Source of the DNA: an uncultured Gammaproteobacteria bacterium
GTDB taxonomy: Bacteria > Patescibacteriota > Microgenomatia > UBA10105 > UBA927
Assembly: GCA_964609895.1 (NCBI GenBank)
Contig: CAZSTG010000003.1
Location: 7,574-71,573 of the forward strand
DNA: 64,000 bases
Direction: 5' to 3'
The notes under the pieces are model-generated. The model had not been told where the DNA came from. It worked only from the letters and a program-made list of their open reading frames with translations, and ran no database searches. The position numbers and the translations under genes are program-made. Shown one piece after another: positions 10,010 through 20,636 of this stretch (position 1 is its first letter; every line of letters starts with the position of its first letter).

Positions 10010-10876
10010 ATGGATTTATCAATCATTATTGTCAGCTATAACACAAAAGACATTACAGACAATTGTCTGGCATCCATTAAGAAAAGTCTTCAAGGATCAC
10101 CGATCGTTTATGAAATCATCGTTGTAGACAACGTATCTACGGACGGTTCCCGCGAGATGCTGAGAAAAAAATATCCGGACGCGGTCACCATATTCAATGA
10201 TGAGAACGTCGGATTCGGCAGGGCGAATAATCAGGGAATAAGAAAAGCAAAGGGCGCATATATTTTGCTTATCAATTCCGACACGCTGGCAATCAAGAAC
10301 GCCATTCCAAAACTGTATGAATTCGCGAAAAATCATCCCAAGTCTTTTGCAGGGCCGAAACTTTTGAATATGGACAGAACGCCCCAGACTTCCTGCGGTC
10401 CATTTTTAACCACATATGTGGTGTTTGCCGCATTGTTTTTGAAGGGGGACGTCCTCGGTCTGACCAGATGGTCTCCGAATAAACTCAAAATTGTGGATTG
10501 GGTATCCGGCGCATGTATGATCGGTCCGAAAAAGCTGTTCATGGATGATTTGCTGTTTGATGAGCAGATATTCATGTATATGGAAGAAATCGATTTGTTT
10601 ATGCGCGCACGGAAAAAGGGATACAGAACCTATTTTTATCCAAACAGTCAGGTTGTGCATCTGGGGGGCGCAAGCTCGAGCAATAAGCGCACAGGACCCG
10701 TGCTGAATATCTATAGAGGGTTGCTGTTTGTGTATAAAAAACATTATTCCGGATTTTCGTTGTTCTGTCTGAAACGGATGCTGAAACTGAAAGCGGTTGT
10801 TTCCATGGGAATCGGGTATATTACAGGAAGCGAGTATTTGAAAAAAACATATGCGGAAGCTTATACATTGGTGTAA
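10010..10876 (+). CDS. glycosyltransferase family 2
   Basis: IIVSYNT...VVDNVSTDGS...INSDT (DXD) motifs of GT-A fold GT2. Confidence 0.8.
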   Translation: MDLSIIIVSYNTKDITDNCLASIKKSLQGSPIVYEIIVVDNVSTDGSREMLRKKYPDAVTIFNDENVGFGRANNQGIRKAKGAYILLINSDTLAIKNAIPKLYEFAKNHPKSFAGPKLLNMDRTPQTSCGPFLTTYVVFAALFLKGDVLGLTRWSPNKLKIVDWVSGACMIGPKKLFMDDLLFDEQIFMYMEEIDLFMRARKKGYRTYFYPNSQVVHLGGASSSNKRTGPVLNIYRGLLFVYKKHYSGFSLFCLKRMLKLKAVVSMGIGYITGSEYLKKTYAEAYTLV

Positions 10877-10895
10877 CCAATACGGATTATACGTC

Positions 10896-13838
10896 ATGAC
10901 GCTGTTTTTATTGGCGTTTATTCCGTTGTATCCGAAAATTCCCCTGCTGGACATTACGCAGACATGGGTATCGATCCGGTTTGAAGATCTTCTGGTGGGT
11001 GCGGCTGCTGTTTGCCTGTGTGCAACGCTTTTTCGAAATCGGAGACTGCCGAAATCCCCGTTGACGCGGCCGATCATCATCTATTGGATTGTTGGACTCA
11101 TTTCTTTGGGAAATGCACTGTTGTTTATTTTTCCTAATCTGTCCGGCGTGTTGTTTCCGCATCTTGCGGTGCTGCATTTTGTCCGCCGCATTGAATATAT
11201 GTTACTGTTTTTTGTGGCATATGAGGCATTCAGGAACAGACCGCTCATGAAACCGTTCCTCTGGACACTTATCGGATCATATGTTCTGATTATTCTTTAC
11301 GGGTTTGGACAGAAATTCCTTGGATTTCCTGCGTTTTTGACCATGAACGAGGAATTTGCCAAAGGACTGCCGCTCAAACTGCCGTCGACGGCACGGTTTC
11401 CTTCCACATTCGGTGGACATTATGATTTGGCGGCATATCTTATTCTGGTTATTCCTATTGTCGGCAGCCTGATTTTCAGTGCAAAAAAAGTTTGGGAAAA
11501 AATCCTGTTTCTTTTTCTGACACTTCTCGGTTTTGAGATGCTGCTGTTTACCGCATCCCGCGTGTCATTTGGTGTATATCTTGTATGTATGTCGTTCATG
11601 CTGTTTTGGCAGAAGAAAACACGACTCATTATTCCGATGATCGTGATCAGCATGACGATGATGACGCTTACAAGCGGGGCATCTGAACGGTTTTACAAAA
11701 CATTCAGCGTCAGCGACGTGATTGTAGACCTCTCGACCGGCAAGCCGATCGGTACGCTCAATTCAACCAGCGGCTCCAGTGCAACACTTGAGCCGATCGC
11801 GTCTCCCGCCGAGGATACGTTGCCACGGGGAAGCGAGTTTATCAACTTGGGTACAGCGGACAGTTCCGCATCCGGTCAGATTTCGGAAGTGTTGTATTAC
11901 AAAAGCATTGACGTGGACGGGATCGGGGATATTGCAACATTTTCCGGCAGTTTCCTTATTCAGAAAGCACTGGTGTATGACATTTCCATTACCACGAGGT
12001 TTCAGGGGCAATGGCCGCGCGCGATGGAGGCATTCAGGAGAAACTATCTTTTGGGCAGCGGGTATTCATCACTTTCCGTTGCCGTGGACGGCGATTATCA
12101 CCGGATGTTGGGAGAAACCGGAATCATCGGCACGATTGCATTTCTCGGCATTTTTGCGGCGGCATTTCAGTTGTTTTTGAAATATAAGGAAACCCTCGAG
12201 CCGGTAAAACGTGCATTTGTCATCGGACTGTTTGCCGGTATTGTCGGACTTTTGGTGAATGCGGTACTCATTGATGTATTTGAAGCATCGAAAGTCGCAT
12301 TTACCCTGTGGTCGCTTTTGGGCATCGCTGTTGCTCTTTTGGTTTCGGAAAAACAGGTAACCGTCAGATACCTGTCACTATTACGACATATTCTCACCCG
12401 TCCCGCAGCCTATATCGTGTATCTGTTCCTTGCTGTGTTTGTTATTTGGGGAATGGCCACACGGCTGTATTTTCTGGGAGACGATTTTACATGGCTTCGA
12501 TGGGCTGCGGAAAGCAACATTTCTGATATAGGTAAATTTTTCACCCAGTCGCAGGGATTTTGGTATCGTCCGATTCCAAAACTCTGGTATTATACTCTGT
12601 TTTCCGTTGTGTGGCTAAAACCAGCAATTTATCATGCATCATCGGTATTTTTGCTGTTTGCTACGTCATTTTTCATTTACCGCGTGGTGTTTCTGCGGAC
12701 AAAACAGCGCGCGTTTGCATGGATCGGCGCGCTCGTCTTTGCCGCCGCGTCCGTACACCATGAAAATGTATATTGGATTTCCGGACAAAGTAGCGTGCTT
12801 GCAGGATTTTTTCTGATGGCTGCGGTATATATACAAACGGAATCGCATGCATGGTTGAAACGGGTGCCTTTGTGGATAACGGCTGTTTGCACATGGGTGC
12901 TGACGCTGGCATCCATGCTTTCGTATGACGGAATGGTTATCGCACCGGTTGTCGTGACGCTGTTTGCTGTGTTCCGGCAGAAAAAATCCGTATGGACATA
13001 CATCACGCTTCTTTGTATTCCCGTATATCTTCTGATGAGACAGCAGGCCATGGCTCTTGCTCCTGCAGGGGACTACGGATATAAGACGAGCACATTTTTT
13101 ATCAACACCGTCAGCAACCTGCTCGGATACACCGTGTCATTTTTTGCAGGACCCGCGGTTGTTGCAGCATGGAATCAGCTGCGTGTGTTGTCACGGCCGT
13201 TTTTAAAACCCATGACTGTCGTATTCGGCGTCGTCGGGATTGCCGTCGTCCTATGGGTATGGAAAAAACGGGAAATAATACGCCGCCATACGGATGTGTG
13301 GATATGGTTTCTTGCCTATGGTATCTGCTTTGCCGCATATGCGCCCCTCGGGGGCATGGCCGACAGATATGTATATATTCCTTCCATGTTTTTGGCCGTC
13401 GGGCTTGCCATCGGCGCACACAGACTTTGGAATACAACACAGGGCAGATATATAAAACCCGTCATTTGTCTGTTGTGCGCGGTATATCTTGTTTGGAATG
13501 GTATGGAAGTGAAGCGTCTCGGCGGAGATTGGCTCTTTGCCAGCAAATCTGCGGAGCACGCATTGCAGGTGATTAAAAAGGAAACGTATCCGCCCAAAGA
13601 TGTGAAGACATTCTTTTTTGTCGATATGCCCATCAGATATGGAAGTGCATGGATTTTTCCGACAGGGATGAACGATGCTATCTGGCACATGTACAGGACA
13701 AGTCCGTACAGGGTGTTTACCATGCCGTCCATTGAAGACGCATATAAATTTTATATGAACCTAGGTGACAGGGAAGTATTTGTATTTGATAACTATGAAC
13801 TGAAACGCGGCGTTCGGGAAACACAGAACGTGCAGTGA
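10896..13838 (+). CDS. large membrane protein: O-antigen ligase/polymerase-like (Wzy_C) N-terminal half fused to a GT-C (GT39/ArnT-like) C-terminal half
   Basis: At least 20 TM helices. The N-terminal half has a periplasmic loop with NYLLGSGYSS...DGDYHRMLGETGIIG (Wzy_C/O-antigen-ligase signature). The second half starts a new TM array with YFLGDDFTWLRWAAES, like GT39 family proteins. Start chosen at Met 16 of ORF 10851; the upstream ATG at 10851 is also possible. Confidence 0.55.
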   Translation: MTLFLLAFIPLYPKIPLLDITQTWVSIRFEDLLVGAAAVCLCATLFRNRRLPKSPLTRPIIIYWIVGLISLGNALLFIFPNLSGVLFPHLAVLHFVRRIEYMLLFFVAYEAFRNRPLMKPFLWTLIGSYVLIILYGFGQKFLGFPAFLTMNEEFAKGLPLKLPSTARFPSTFGGHYDLAAYLILVIPIVGSLIFSAKKVWEKILFLFLTLLGFEMLLFTASRVSFGVYLVCMSFMLFWQKKTRLIIPMIVISMTMMTLTSGASERFYKTFSVSDVIVDLSTGKPIGTLNSTSGSSATLEPIASPAEDTLPRGSEFINLGTADSSASGQISEVLYYKSIDVDGIGDIATFSGSFLIQKALVYDISITTRFQGQWPRAMEAFRRNYLLGSGYSSLSVAVDGDYHRMLGETGIIGTIAFLGIFAAAFQLFLKYKETLEPVKRAFVIGLFAGIVGLLVNAVLIDVFEASKVAFTLWSLLGIAVALLVSEKQVTVRYLSLLRHILTRPAAYIVYLFLAVFVIWGMATRLYFLGDDFTWLRWAAESNISDIGKFFTQSQGFWYRPIPKLWYYTLFSVVWLKPAIYHASSVFLLFATSFFIYRVVFLRTKQRAFAWIGALVFAAASVHHENVYWISGQSSVLAGFFLMAAVYIQTESHAWLKRVPLWITAVCTWVLTLASMLSYDGMVIAPVVVTLFAVFRQKKSVWTYITLLCIPVYLLMRQQAMALAPAGDYGYKTSTFFINTVSNLLGYTVSFFAGPAVVAAWNQLRVLSRPFLKPMTVVFGVVGIAVVLWVWKKREIIRRHTDVWIWFLAYGICFAAYAPLGGMADRYVYIPSMFLAVGLAIGAHRLWNTTQGRYIKPVICLLCAVYLVWNGMEVKRLGGDWLFASKSAEHALQVIKKETYPPKDVKTFFFVDMPIRYGSAWIFPTGMNDAIWHMYRTSPYRVFTMPSIEDAYKFYMNLGDREVFVFDNYELKRGVRETQNVQ

Positions 13839-13839
13839 T

Positions 13840-15300
13840 ATGAAAGCAAAGGCCTTTACCATCATCTGTTTATTGTCGATTGCAGTCATTGGTGTTTTGA
13901 TGCGTCTGTATAAGGTGCAGGAGCCGGTCGCAGATTGGCACAGCTGGCGGCAGGCGGATACTGCGGCGGTTGCGAGAAATTATGTACGATTTGGGATTGA
14001 TCTGCTGCATCCACGTTATGATGATCTTTCAAACATTCAATCCGGTACGGACAATCCAGAGGGGTATCGGATGGTGGAATTTCCTTTGTATCAGGCGGCA
14101 GCGGCATGGTGTTATACACTGTTTGGAAGTGTTTCCATCGAACTATGGCTTCGTATATTCGCCATTGCGGCATCGACAATCACAGGATGTGCGCTGGGAT
14201 TGTTTCTGTGGCGGAGAATAAATGCAATTACAGGAGTATTAAGTGCGTTGTTGTATGCCGTCCTTCCGTATAGCGTGTATTATGGGAGAGCAATACTTCC
14301 TGACGGCATAGCTGTATGTTTTGCTATTCTGAGTATTCTATTTTTTGATATTGGAAACGACGAAAAGAAAAAGTCCGGAATATGGGGATATACACTTCTT
14401 TCAGCACTTTTTGGTGCAACCTCTCTTCTTGTTAAACCTGTTGCCGGATTTTTACTGCTGCCTTTGGCAGGCATGCTTTTTGTTGATAAAAAACAGGTGG
14501 GAAAAACACTCATCCGACTTGTGGCTGTGAGTGTGATAACACTGGTGCCGTTTTATGTTTGGCGTCAATGGATAGCCCAATATCCAGAGGGAATAGCCGC
14601 ATATATGTGGTTATTTAACGGCAACGGGATACGTCTGAAAGGCGCATGGTTTTATTGGCTGTTTGCGGAACGGATCGGCAAACTTATCCTAGGATACTGG
14701 GGCGTTCTGTTTTTGGGATTGGGGCTTATCGAAAAAACAGAAAAGAAAGAGCGGTTTCTCAGTCATCTTTTGGGGTTGGGCGCGCTGCTGTATATGGTTA
14801 TTCTTGCAACCGGCAATGTGCAACATGATTACTATCAGATTCTGATTCTCCCTGCGGTTGCGGTGTACGGAGCAAAAGGGATCGCATGGATGATCAAGAA
14901 AAACTGGGAGACAAGGGGACTGCAGAAAATAGTAGGAATCGCCGTGGGAATGGTTGTATGTGTATTCACTGTCTTTTTTTCATGGTATACCGTGAGAACA
15001 TATTACTGGATTAACAGACCCGAAATCATTGAGGCGGGATTGGCTGCACAAAAACTTCTTCCGGAAAATGCAAAAGTCGTTGCGCCATATAACGGCGACA
15101 CAACATTTTTGTATCAGACCGGTCATCAGGGATGGCCACTAGGATTTGATATAGATCAAAAAATAAAGATGGGTGCAACACACTATGTGACTGTGTCTCC
15201 GACAGATGCTGATTTAGAGACGCGGGATCTTGCCAATATGTATACTGTGCTTGTAAGAAACGACAAGTTCGCAATTATTGATTTGACGAAGAAAAAATAA
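13840..15300 (+). CDS. GT-C membrane glycosyltransferase, GT39/ArnT-like (dolichyl-phosphate-mannose-protein mannosyltransferase family)
   Basis: N-terminal HSWRQADTAAVARNYV motif typical of bacterial GT39/GT83. About 12 TM helices, 486 aa. Confidence 0.6.
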   Translation: MKAKAFTIICLLSIAVIGVLMRLYKVQEPVADWHSWRQADTAAVARNYVRFGIDLLHPRYDDLSNIQSGTDNPEGYRMVEFPLYQAAAAWCYTLFGSVSIELWLRIFAIAASTITGCALGLFLWRRINAITGVLSALLYAVLPYSVYYGRAILPDGIAVCFAILSILFFDIGNDEKKKSGIWGYTLLSALFGATSLLVKPVAGFLLLPLAGMLFVDKKQVGKTLIRLVAVSVITLVPFYVWRQWIAQYPEGIAAYMWLFNGNGIRLKGAWFYWLFAERIGKLILGYWGVLFLGLGLIEKTEKKERFLSHLLGLGALLYMVILATGNVQHDYYQILILPAVAVYGAKGIAWMIKKNWETRGLQKIVGIAVGMVVCVFTVFFSWYTVRTYYWINRPEIIEAGLAAQKLLPENAKVVAPYNGDTTFLYQTGHQGWPLGFDIDQKIKMGATHYVTVSPTDADLETRDLANMYTVLVRNDKFAIIDLTKKK

Positions 15301-15304
15301 CGCC

Positions 15305-16477
15305 ATGAATATACTGTTTGTCAGTGCACTCCTGCCATATCCGCTCCACTCAGGTGGACAGGTGCGCATGTACAATCTTCTGAAACTGTTAAGCAAAAAA
15401 CATACCATAACACTCTTTTCGTTTATGAGGAACAAGGAGGAACAAAACTATATTCGTTCCTTATCGTTTTTGTCTGATATTCATTTGGTCATGCGGGGAA
15501 AAGGAAGACAGGTAAAATATGTGGTCAAAGCACTGGGGAATTATCCACTCCTTCTTGCAACCTACGACAACAGGGTGATGCAGGAGGAAATAAAAAAGGA
15601 ACTCACAAGGAAGAAGTACGATCTGGTGCACATAGAGCCGTTTTATGTGTTTCCATCACTGCCACCGCTCTCACTTCCGTTCGTGGTGTCTGAGCACAAC
15701 GTCGAATATGACATTTATCAGAAAAATGCGGAAAAAATGCGGTTGCCGATTGTGAAACCTTTTGCTTATTTTGATGCCATAAAGGTGAAAATATGGGAAG
15801 AGATCGTCTGGCAAAAAGCAAAGCAGGTAACAGCGGTATCGTCTGAAGACGCAACAGTGATAACCCGTGCAACAAAAAAAGAAACGGCAGTTGTTCCGAA
15901 TGGCGTAGACACAACAGCATTTGTGTACAAAGAGCGGGCGTTTATAAAAGATCACCCCACCTGTTTATTTGTCGGAAATTTTCTCTGGGCGCCAAATACA
16001 GAGGCAATACGAACTCTCCTTGTGTCCATTTGGCCAAAGATTGTTGCTCGCTACCCGAACGCTGTGCTTACCATTGTCGGAAAACACTTTCCCAAAGACG
16101 TAAAAAAATATGTAACCGGTTCTGTGCGTCTTGAGGAATATGTTGAGGATATCCAAGATGCATTCCATGCATCAGATATTCTGCTTGCGCCAATGGGAAT
16201 AGGTGGGGGAACGAAATTTAAGATTCTTGAGGCAATGGCATCAGGCACACTGGTCATCACCACTCCCCAAGGAAGAATGGGTATCGTCGGAGCATCCGGA
16301 AAAGAATTGCTGGAAGCCTCGACTGCTGATGAGTTTGTTGGGGCAGTCACTTCGGTTTATGACGAACAGCGTACGTCTAAGATCATAACGAAAAACGCGA
16401 GGAAATTAGTTGAAAATACCTATGATTGGAAGGCAATCGCAGAAAAGTTGGATGCGGTTTGGAAAGGATCAGTATGA
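15305..16477 (+). CDS. glycosyltransferase family 4
   Basis: GT-B fold, N-terminal MNILFVSALLPYPLHSGGQVR and C-terminal Glycos_transf_1-like region. ATGA overlap with the next gene. Confidence 0.7.
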   Translation: MNILFVSALLPYPLHSGGQVRMYNLLKLLSKKHTITLFSFMRNKEEQNYIRSLSFLSDIHLVMRGKGRQVKYVVKALGNYPLLLATYDNRVMQEEIKKELTRKKYDLVHIEPFYVFPSLPPLSLPFVVSEHNVEYDIYQKNAEKMRLPIVKPFAYFDAIKVKIWEEIVWQKAKQVTAVSSEDATVITRATKKETAVVPNGVDTTAFVYKERAFIKDHPTCLFVGNFLWAPNTEAIRTLLVSIWPKIVARYPNAVLTIVGKHFPKDVKKYVTGSVRLEEYVEDIQDAFHASDILLAPMGIGGGTKFKILEAMASGTLVITTPQGRMGIVGASGKELLEASTADEFVGAVTSVYDEQRTSKIITKNARKLVENTYDWKAIAEKLDAVWKGSV

Positions 16478-17352
16478 ACACTGTTGATGTCTCAGTTGTT
16501 ATTTTGAATTTTAATACAGTAGAACTTACAAAAACGTGTATAGAACGTCTCTACGCCTCAAAACTTGGGAAATACACAATGGAAATTATTGTCTGTGACA
16601 ACGCATCAACGGATGGGACAGACGCAATGATTAAGAAAGAGTTTAAGGATGTGATATTTATCCAAAACGGGGGGAATGTCGGATTTGCTGCAGGAAATAA
16701 TCCCGGTATCAAGCGTGCAAGCGGACGATATGTATTGCTTCTTAATTCTGACACAGAGGTTGAGAAAGATACCATCGCAACCATGATTCGGTTTATGGAC
16801 GATCATCATGCAGCAGGAGCTTCTACATGTAAGTTACTTTTAATGGATGGTTCTATGGATCCAGCGTGTCATCGGGGGATGCCGACACCATGGAACGGTT
16901 TGACATACTACGCAAAACTGGAAAAGCTATTCCCAAAAATAAAGTGGTTTAGCGGGTATCATCAGTTGTACAAAAATCTTGATACGGTACATGAGGTTGA
17001 TTGCATCAGTGGTGCATTTTTTCTCGTTCGACGGAAAGTGATTGAAACAGTCGGTATGCTGGATGAATCCTTTTTTATGTACGGGGAGGATATCGATTGG
17101 GCGTACCGGATGAAACAGGCAGGTTGGCAGATATGGTTTAATCCCACTGTGACGACACTGCATAAAAAGAAACAAAGCGGCAGGTCACATACAAATAGGG
17201 AACGAAGAGTGAAAACACAGCTTCTGTTCATCAAATATAATAAACTGTTTTATACAAAGCATTACGAAAAGAAATATCCCCGCATTGTGACGTTTTGTGT
17301 CTACCTTGCCTTTGCACTGCAGACCATAAAAGTAAAAATATTCGGGGCATAA
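16474..17352 (+). CDS. glycosyltransferase family 2
   Basis: Start at internal Met 17 (ATGA overlap with upstream stop). VVILNFNT...CDNASTDGT...LNSDT motifs. Confidence 0.8.
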   Translation: MNTVDVSVVILNFNTVELTKTCIERLYASKLGKYTMEIIVCDNASTDGTDAMIKKEFKDVIFIQNGGNVGFAAGNNPGIKRASGRYVLLLNSDTEVEKDTIATMIRFMDDHHAAGASTCKLLLMDGSMDPACHRGMPTPWNGLTYYAKLEKLFPKIKWFSGYHQLYKNLDTVHEVDCISGAFFLVRRKVIETVGMLDESFFMYGEDIDWAYRMKQAGWQIWFNPTVTTLHKKKQSGRSHTNRERRVKTQLLFIKYNKLFYTKHYEKKYPRIVTFCVYLAFALQTIKVKIFGA

Positions 17353-17357
17353 AAAAT

Positions 17358-18452
17358 ATGCGCATAGGAATTGATGCTCGTCTTATTGCTGAAACTGGTA
17401 TCGGACGGTATATCCGTAATGTCATAGCAGAGCTTGCTACTGTTGATACCAAAAATACATATATCGTTTTTTTGTCATCTGACGCTTTTGACACATTTGT
17501 GCCTCCCAACACCAGATGGGAAAAACGATTATGTACGGTTCATTGGCATACCCTCAAAGAACAGCTCATTATGCCGAAAATTTTTTCTCGTGAGCATCTT
17601 GATCTGTTGCATGTACCATATTTTAACGTGCCGATTTTTTATACCAAACCCTATGTCGTGACCATCCATGATTTAACGATTCTTCATGTTGCAACTGGTA
17701 AAGCGACCACACTGCCAAAACCGTTATATTGGTTACGAAGAATCGGGTATCAACTCATTGTTCGTCTTGGTGTGCTGCGTGCTACACACATTATTGCCGT
17801 TTCAGAAAGTACGAAAAGCGATATTGTCAAAAGCCTGCATGTTTCCCCGCAAAAAATCAGTGTGACGTATGAAGGAGTTGATACGAACATACAAACAACC
17901 AAAGACGCAAATCCTTCTCGTACACCATATTTTTTGTATGTGGGAAATGCCTACCCGCACAAAAATCTAGAATTTCTTATTAGGAGTTTTGGAACATTTG
18001 TTGTAAAGCATCCGACGTATCAGCTAGTACTTATCGGGAAAAACGACTTTTTCTATACACGGTTGTCTGCGTGGGTGATGCAGTTTCCCTTTGCCTCCCG
18101 TGTCCGGTTTATTACGTCCGCAACTGATGAGGAACTTGCTTCCTATTATATATATACACGTGCTTTTATTTTCCCCTCACTCATGGAAGGATTTGGGCTT
18201 CCGGCTCTTGAGGCGATGAAGTTTGGTGCGCCGGTTCTCTGTTCAGACATACCGGTATTCCATGAATTGTTTGCATCCATTCCCCAGTATTTTAATCCTC
18301 ATAATGAGCAATCACTTGTTGATGCAATGGAGCAGGCGGCAACCGGAAAAAAGAAACAGCTTGGTAGAGAAGAACAAATGTATCTGGAACGCTACCAATG
18401 GAAAACTGCCGCAAAACACACACTTCGGGTATATGAGCAGGCGCTGATATGA
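17358..18452 (+). CDS. glycosyltransferase family 4
   Basis: Start at Met 22 (MRIGIDARL), 6 nt after the upstream stop. EGFGLPALEAMKFGAPVLCS EX7E motif. Confidence 0.8.
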   Translation: MRIGIDARLIAETGIGRYIRNVIAELATVDTKNTYIVFLSSDAFDTFVPPNTRWEKRLCTVHWHTLKEQLIMPKIFSREHLDLLHVPYFNVPIFYTKPYVVTIHDLTILHVATGKATTLPKPLYWLRRIGYQLIVRLGVLRATHIIAVSESTKSDIVKSLHVSPQKISVTYEGVDTNIQTTKDANPSRTPYFLYVGNAYPHKNLEFLIRSFGTFVVKHPTYQLVLIGKNDFFYTRLSAWVMQFPFASRVRFITSATDEELASYYIYTRAFIFPSLMEGFGLPALEAMKFGAPVLCSDIPVFHELFASIPQYFNPHNEQSLVDAMEQAATGKKKQLGREEQMYLERYQWKTAAKHTLRVYEQALI

Positions 18453-19540
18453 AGGTTGCACTTATCTATGATAGGGTAAACAAGGTTGGTGGAGCGGAAC
18501 GTGTTCTCATTGCATTGCATGAGTTGTTCCCTGACGCGCCGCTTTATACTGCAGTATATGACAGGAAAGGCGCTCCGTGGGCACGGGTGTTGGCCGTTCG
18601 CACGTCATTCATCAACCGTATTTCGTGGGCTCGTACCCGACACGAGTATTTTGCATGGCTTACGCCGCTCGCATTCCGGTTGTTTGATTTTTCATCTTTT
18701 GATGTGGTGATCAGTGTTACCAGTGCTGAAGCAAAAAATATCCGTACAACCCGTTCGACAGTGCATCTTTGTTATTGTCTGACCCCCACGAGATATTTAT
18801 GGAGCGGATTTTCCGCCTACGCTCGGCAGCAAGGCCTGCTGTCGTTTTTTTTCCGGCTGTGGGCGCCACTTTTGCGGCGTTGGGATCTTTCTGCGGCTAA
18901 ACGGCCAGACCACTACGTTGCAATATCAGACCGCGTCAGCCGCCGGATAGCGACATATTACAAACGCACGGCGGATTGTGTGATCTATCCTCCGGTTGAG
19001 ACAACCAAGTTCTTCCCCAAAAAAGATACAGTAAACGGGAAATACTATTTATTTGTGTCACGGCTGGTACCGTACAAGCGACCCGACATTGTGATTGCGG
19101 CATGTAACAGACTGCGTATTCCGTTGATTATCATCGGTACAGGCAGTGAATATCCGAGACTGAAAAAAATGGCTTCGGATACAGTTCGGTTTATTACCGA
19201 ATATTTGACAGATAAAGAAATGCTTCGGTATTATCAAAATTGCCGTGCATTTCTTTTTGCAGGCGATGAAGACTTCGGTATAGTTGCGGCGGAAGCGCAA
19301 AGCGCGGGGAAAGCGGTTATTGCATACAGGGAAAGCGGCATTGCGGAAATTGTTGTTGACGGGAAAACGGGTGTTTTGTTTGATGAACAGACCCCAGAAG
19401 GGTTGATGCGGGCAATTCGGAAATTTGAAAAGATGCGCATATCATCAGATGCTTGTAGGCGTCAGGCTGAGAAATTCAGTACGAAACGGTTTAAGGAAGA
19501 AATGACGGCATATATTCATACAGCGGTAAATCAAGTATAA
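18449..19540 (+). CDS. glycosyltransferase family 4
   Basis: ATGA overlap with upstream gene. C-terminal GDEDFGIVAAEAQSAGKAVIAY (EX7E). Confidence 0.7.
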   Translation: MKVALIYDRVNKVGGAERVLIALHELFPDAPLYTAVYDRKGAPWARVLAVRTSFINRISWARTRHEYFAWLTPLAFRLFDFSSFDVVISVTSAEAKNIRTTRSTVHLCYCLTPTRYLWSGFSAYARQQGLLSFFFRLWAPLLRRWDLSAAKRPDHYVAISDRVSRRIATYYKRTADCVIYPPVETTKFFPKKDTVNGKYYLFVSRLVPYKRPDIVIAACNRLRIPLIIIGTGSEYPRLKKMASDTVRFITEYLTDKEMLRYYQNCRAFLFAGDEDFGIVAAEAQSAGKAVIAYRESGIAEIVVDGKTGVLFDEQTPEGLMRAIRKFEKMRISSDACRRQAEKFSTKRFKEEMTAYIHTAVNQV

Positions 19541-19549
19541 TTAAACTCT

Positions 19550-20632
19550 ATGAAAGCAATTGTCTTTGCAGGTGGTGTAGGAACAAGGTTGTGGCCACTT
19601 TCACGAAAAAAGTCGCCCAAGCAGTTTGAAAAAATCATCGGAAACAAATCAACGCTGCAGCTGGCGGTTTCACGGGTGCAACCGGATTTTACATGGAATG
19701 ACATCTACGTTTCTACGGGAAAACAATATGTCGGCACAGTTGAAGCACAGCTGACGGAACTTCCAAAAGGTCATGTGATCGGAGAACCGGTCATGCGTGA
19801 TGTAGGACCGGCAGTCGGGCTCGTAACAGCGTTGTTTGCAACGGTGTCTCCAGATGAACCGATGGTGATTCTGTGGAGTGATCATCTTGTGAAGAACGAA
19901 GTTCTGTTCCGGAAAATCCTGAAAGCGGCGGGCAGGATCGTGAAACGAGATCAAAACAAGATTATATTTGTGTCCCAGAAGCCGCGGTTTGCCAGTGAAA
20001 ATCTCGGATGGATCGATTTCGGCAATACCGTTGAAACAGATGACGGCATTGCCATGCATGCCTTTGTCGATTTCCAATATCGCCCTGATGCGGCTACGGC
20101 CAAGAAGTATTTTGAAAGCGGACATCATGCGTGGAATTTGGGCTATTTTGTGACGACACCGAGATTTTTATTGTCCCAATATAAAAAATTTGTTCCCAAT
20201 GTATATGAGGGATTGCAGGAGATTGCACGTGCATGGCAGACGGATACGTATGAACTTGTTCTTGAAAAAGTCTATCCGACACTCGAAAAAATAAGTTTTG
20301 ACAACGCGATTCTGGAAAAACTGGATCCGGCACATGCGTTGGTTGTTTCTGAAAATATCGAGTGGAGCGATATCGGCGCATGGGAGGCACTCAAAGAATC
20401 GCTGGAAGGTACATCGGATAAAAACGTCACGCAGGGAAAGGTATTTTTAAAGGATGTGGATGACTGTCTGGTTTATAATTACGGCAAACAGCTGGTTGTC
20501 GGCATTGATGTCTCCGAATTACTTATCGTGAATACCGATGACGTGCTGATGGTATGCAAAAAAACGTCCGTTCCGAAAATCAAGAAGGTAGTAGAGGGAT
20601 TTGCCGGTACCGATCATGAATCGCTTACCTAA
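19550..20632 (+). CDS. sugar-1-phosphate nucleotidyltransferase (mannose-1-phosphate guanylyltransferase-like, no PMI domain)
   Basis: N-terminal AIVFAGGVGTRLWPLSRKKSPKQF nucleotidyltransferase signature. 360 aa. Confidence 0.7.
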   Translation: MKAIVFAGGVGTRLWPLSRKKSPKQFEKIIGNKSTLQLAVSRVQPDFTWNDIYVSTGKQYVGTVEAQLTELPKGHVIGEPVMRDVGPAVGLVTALFATVSPDEPMVILWSDHLVKNEVLFRKILKAAGRIVKRDQNKIIFVSQKPRFASENLGWIDFGNTVETDDGIAMHAFVDFQYRPDAATAKKYFESGHHAWNLGYFVTTPRFLLSQYKKFVPNVYEGLQEIARAWQTDTYELVLEKVYPTLEKISFDNAILEKLDPAHALVVSENIEWSDIGAWEALKESLEGTSDKNVTQGKVFLKDVDDCLVYNYGKQLVVGIDVSELLIVNTDDVLMVCKKTSVPKIKKVVEGFAGTDHESLT

Positions 20633-20636
20633 TACT

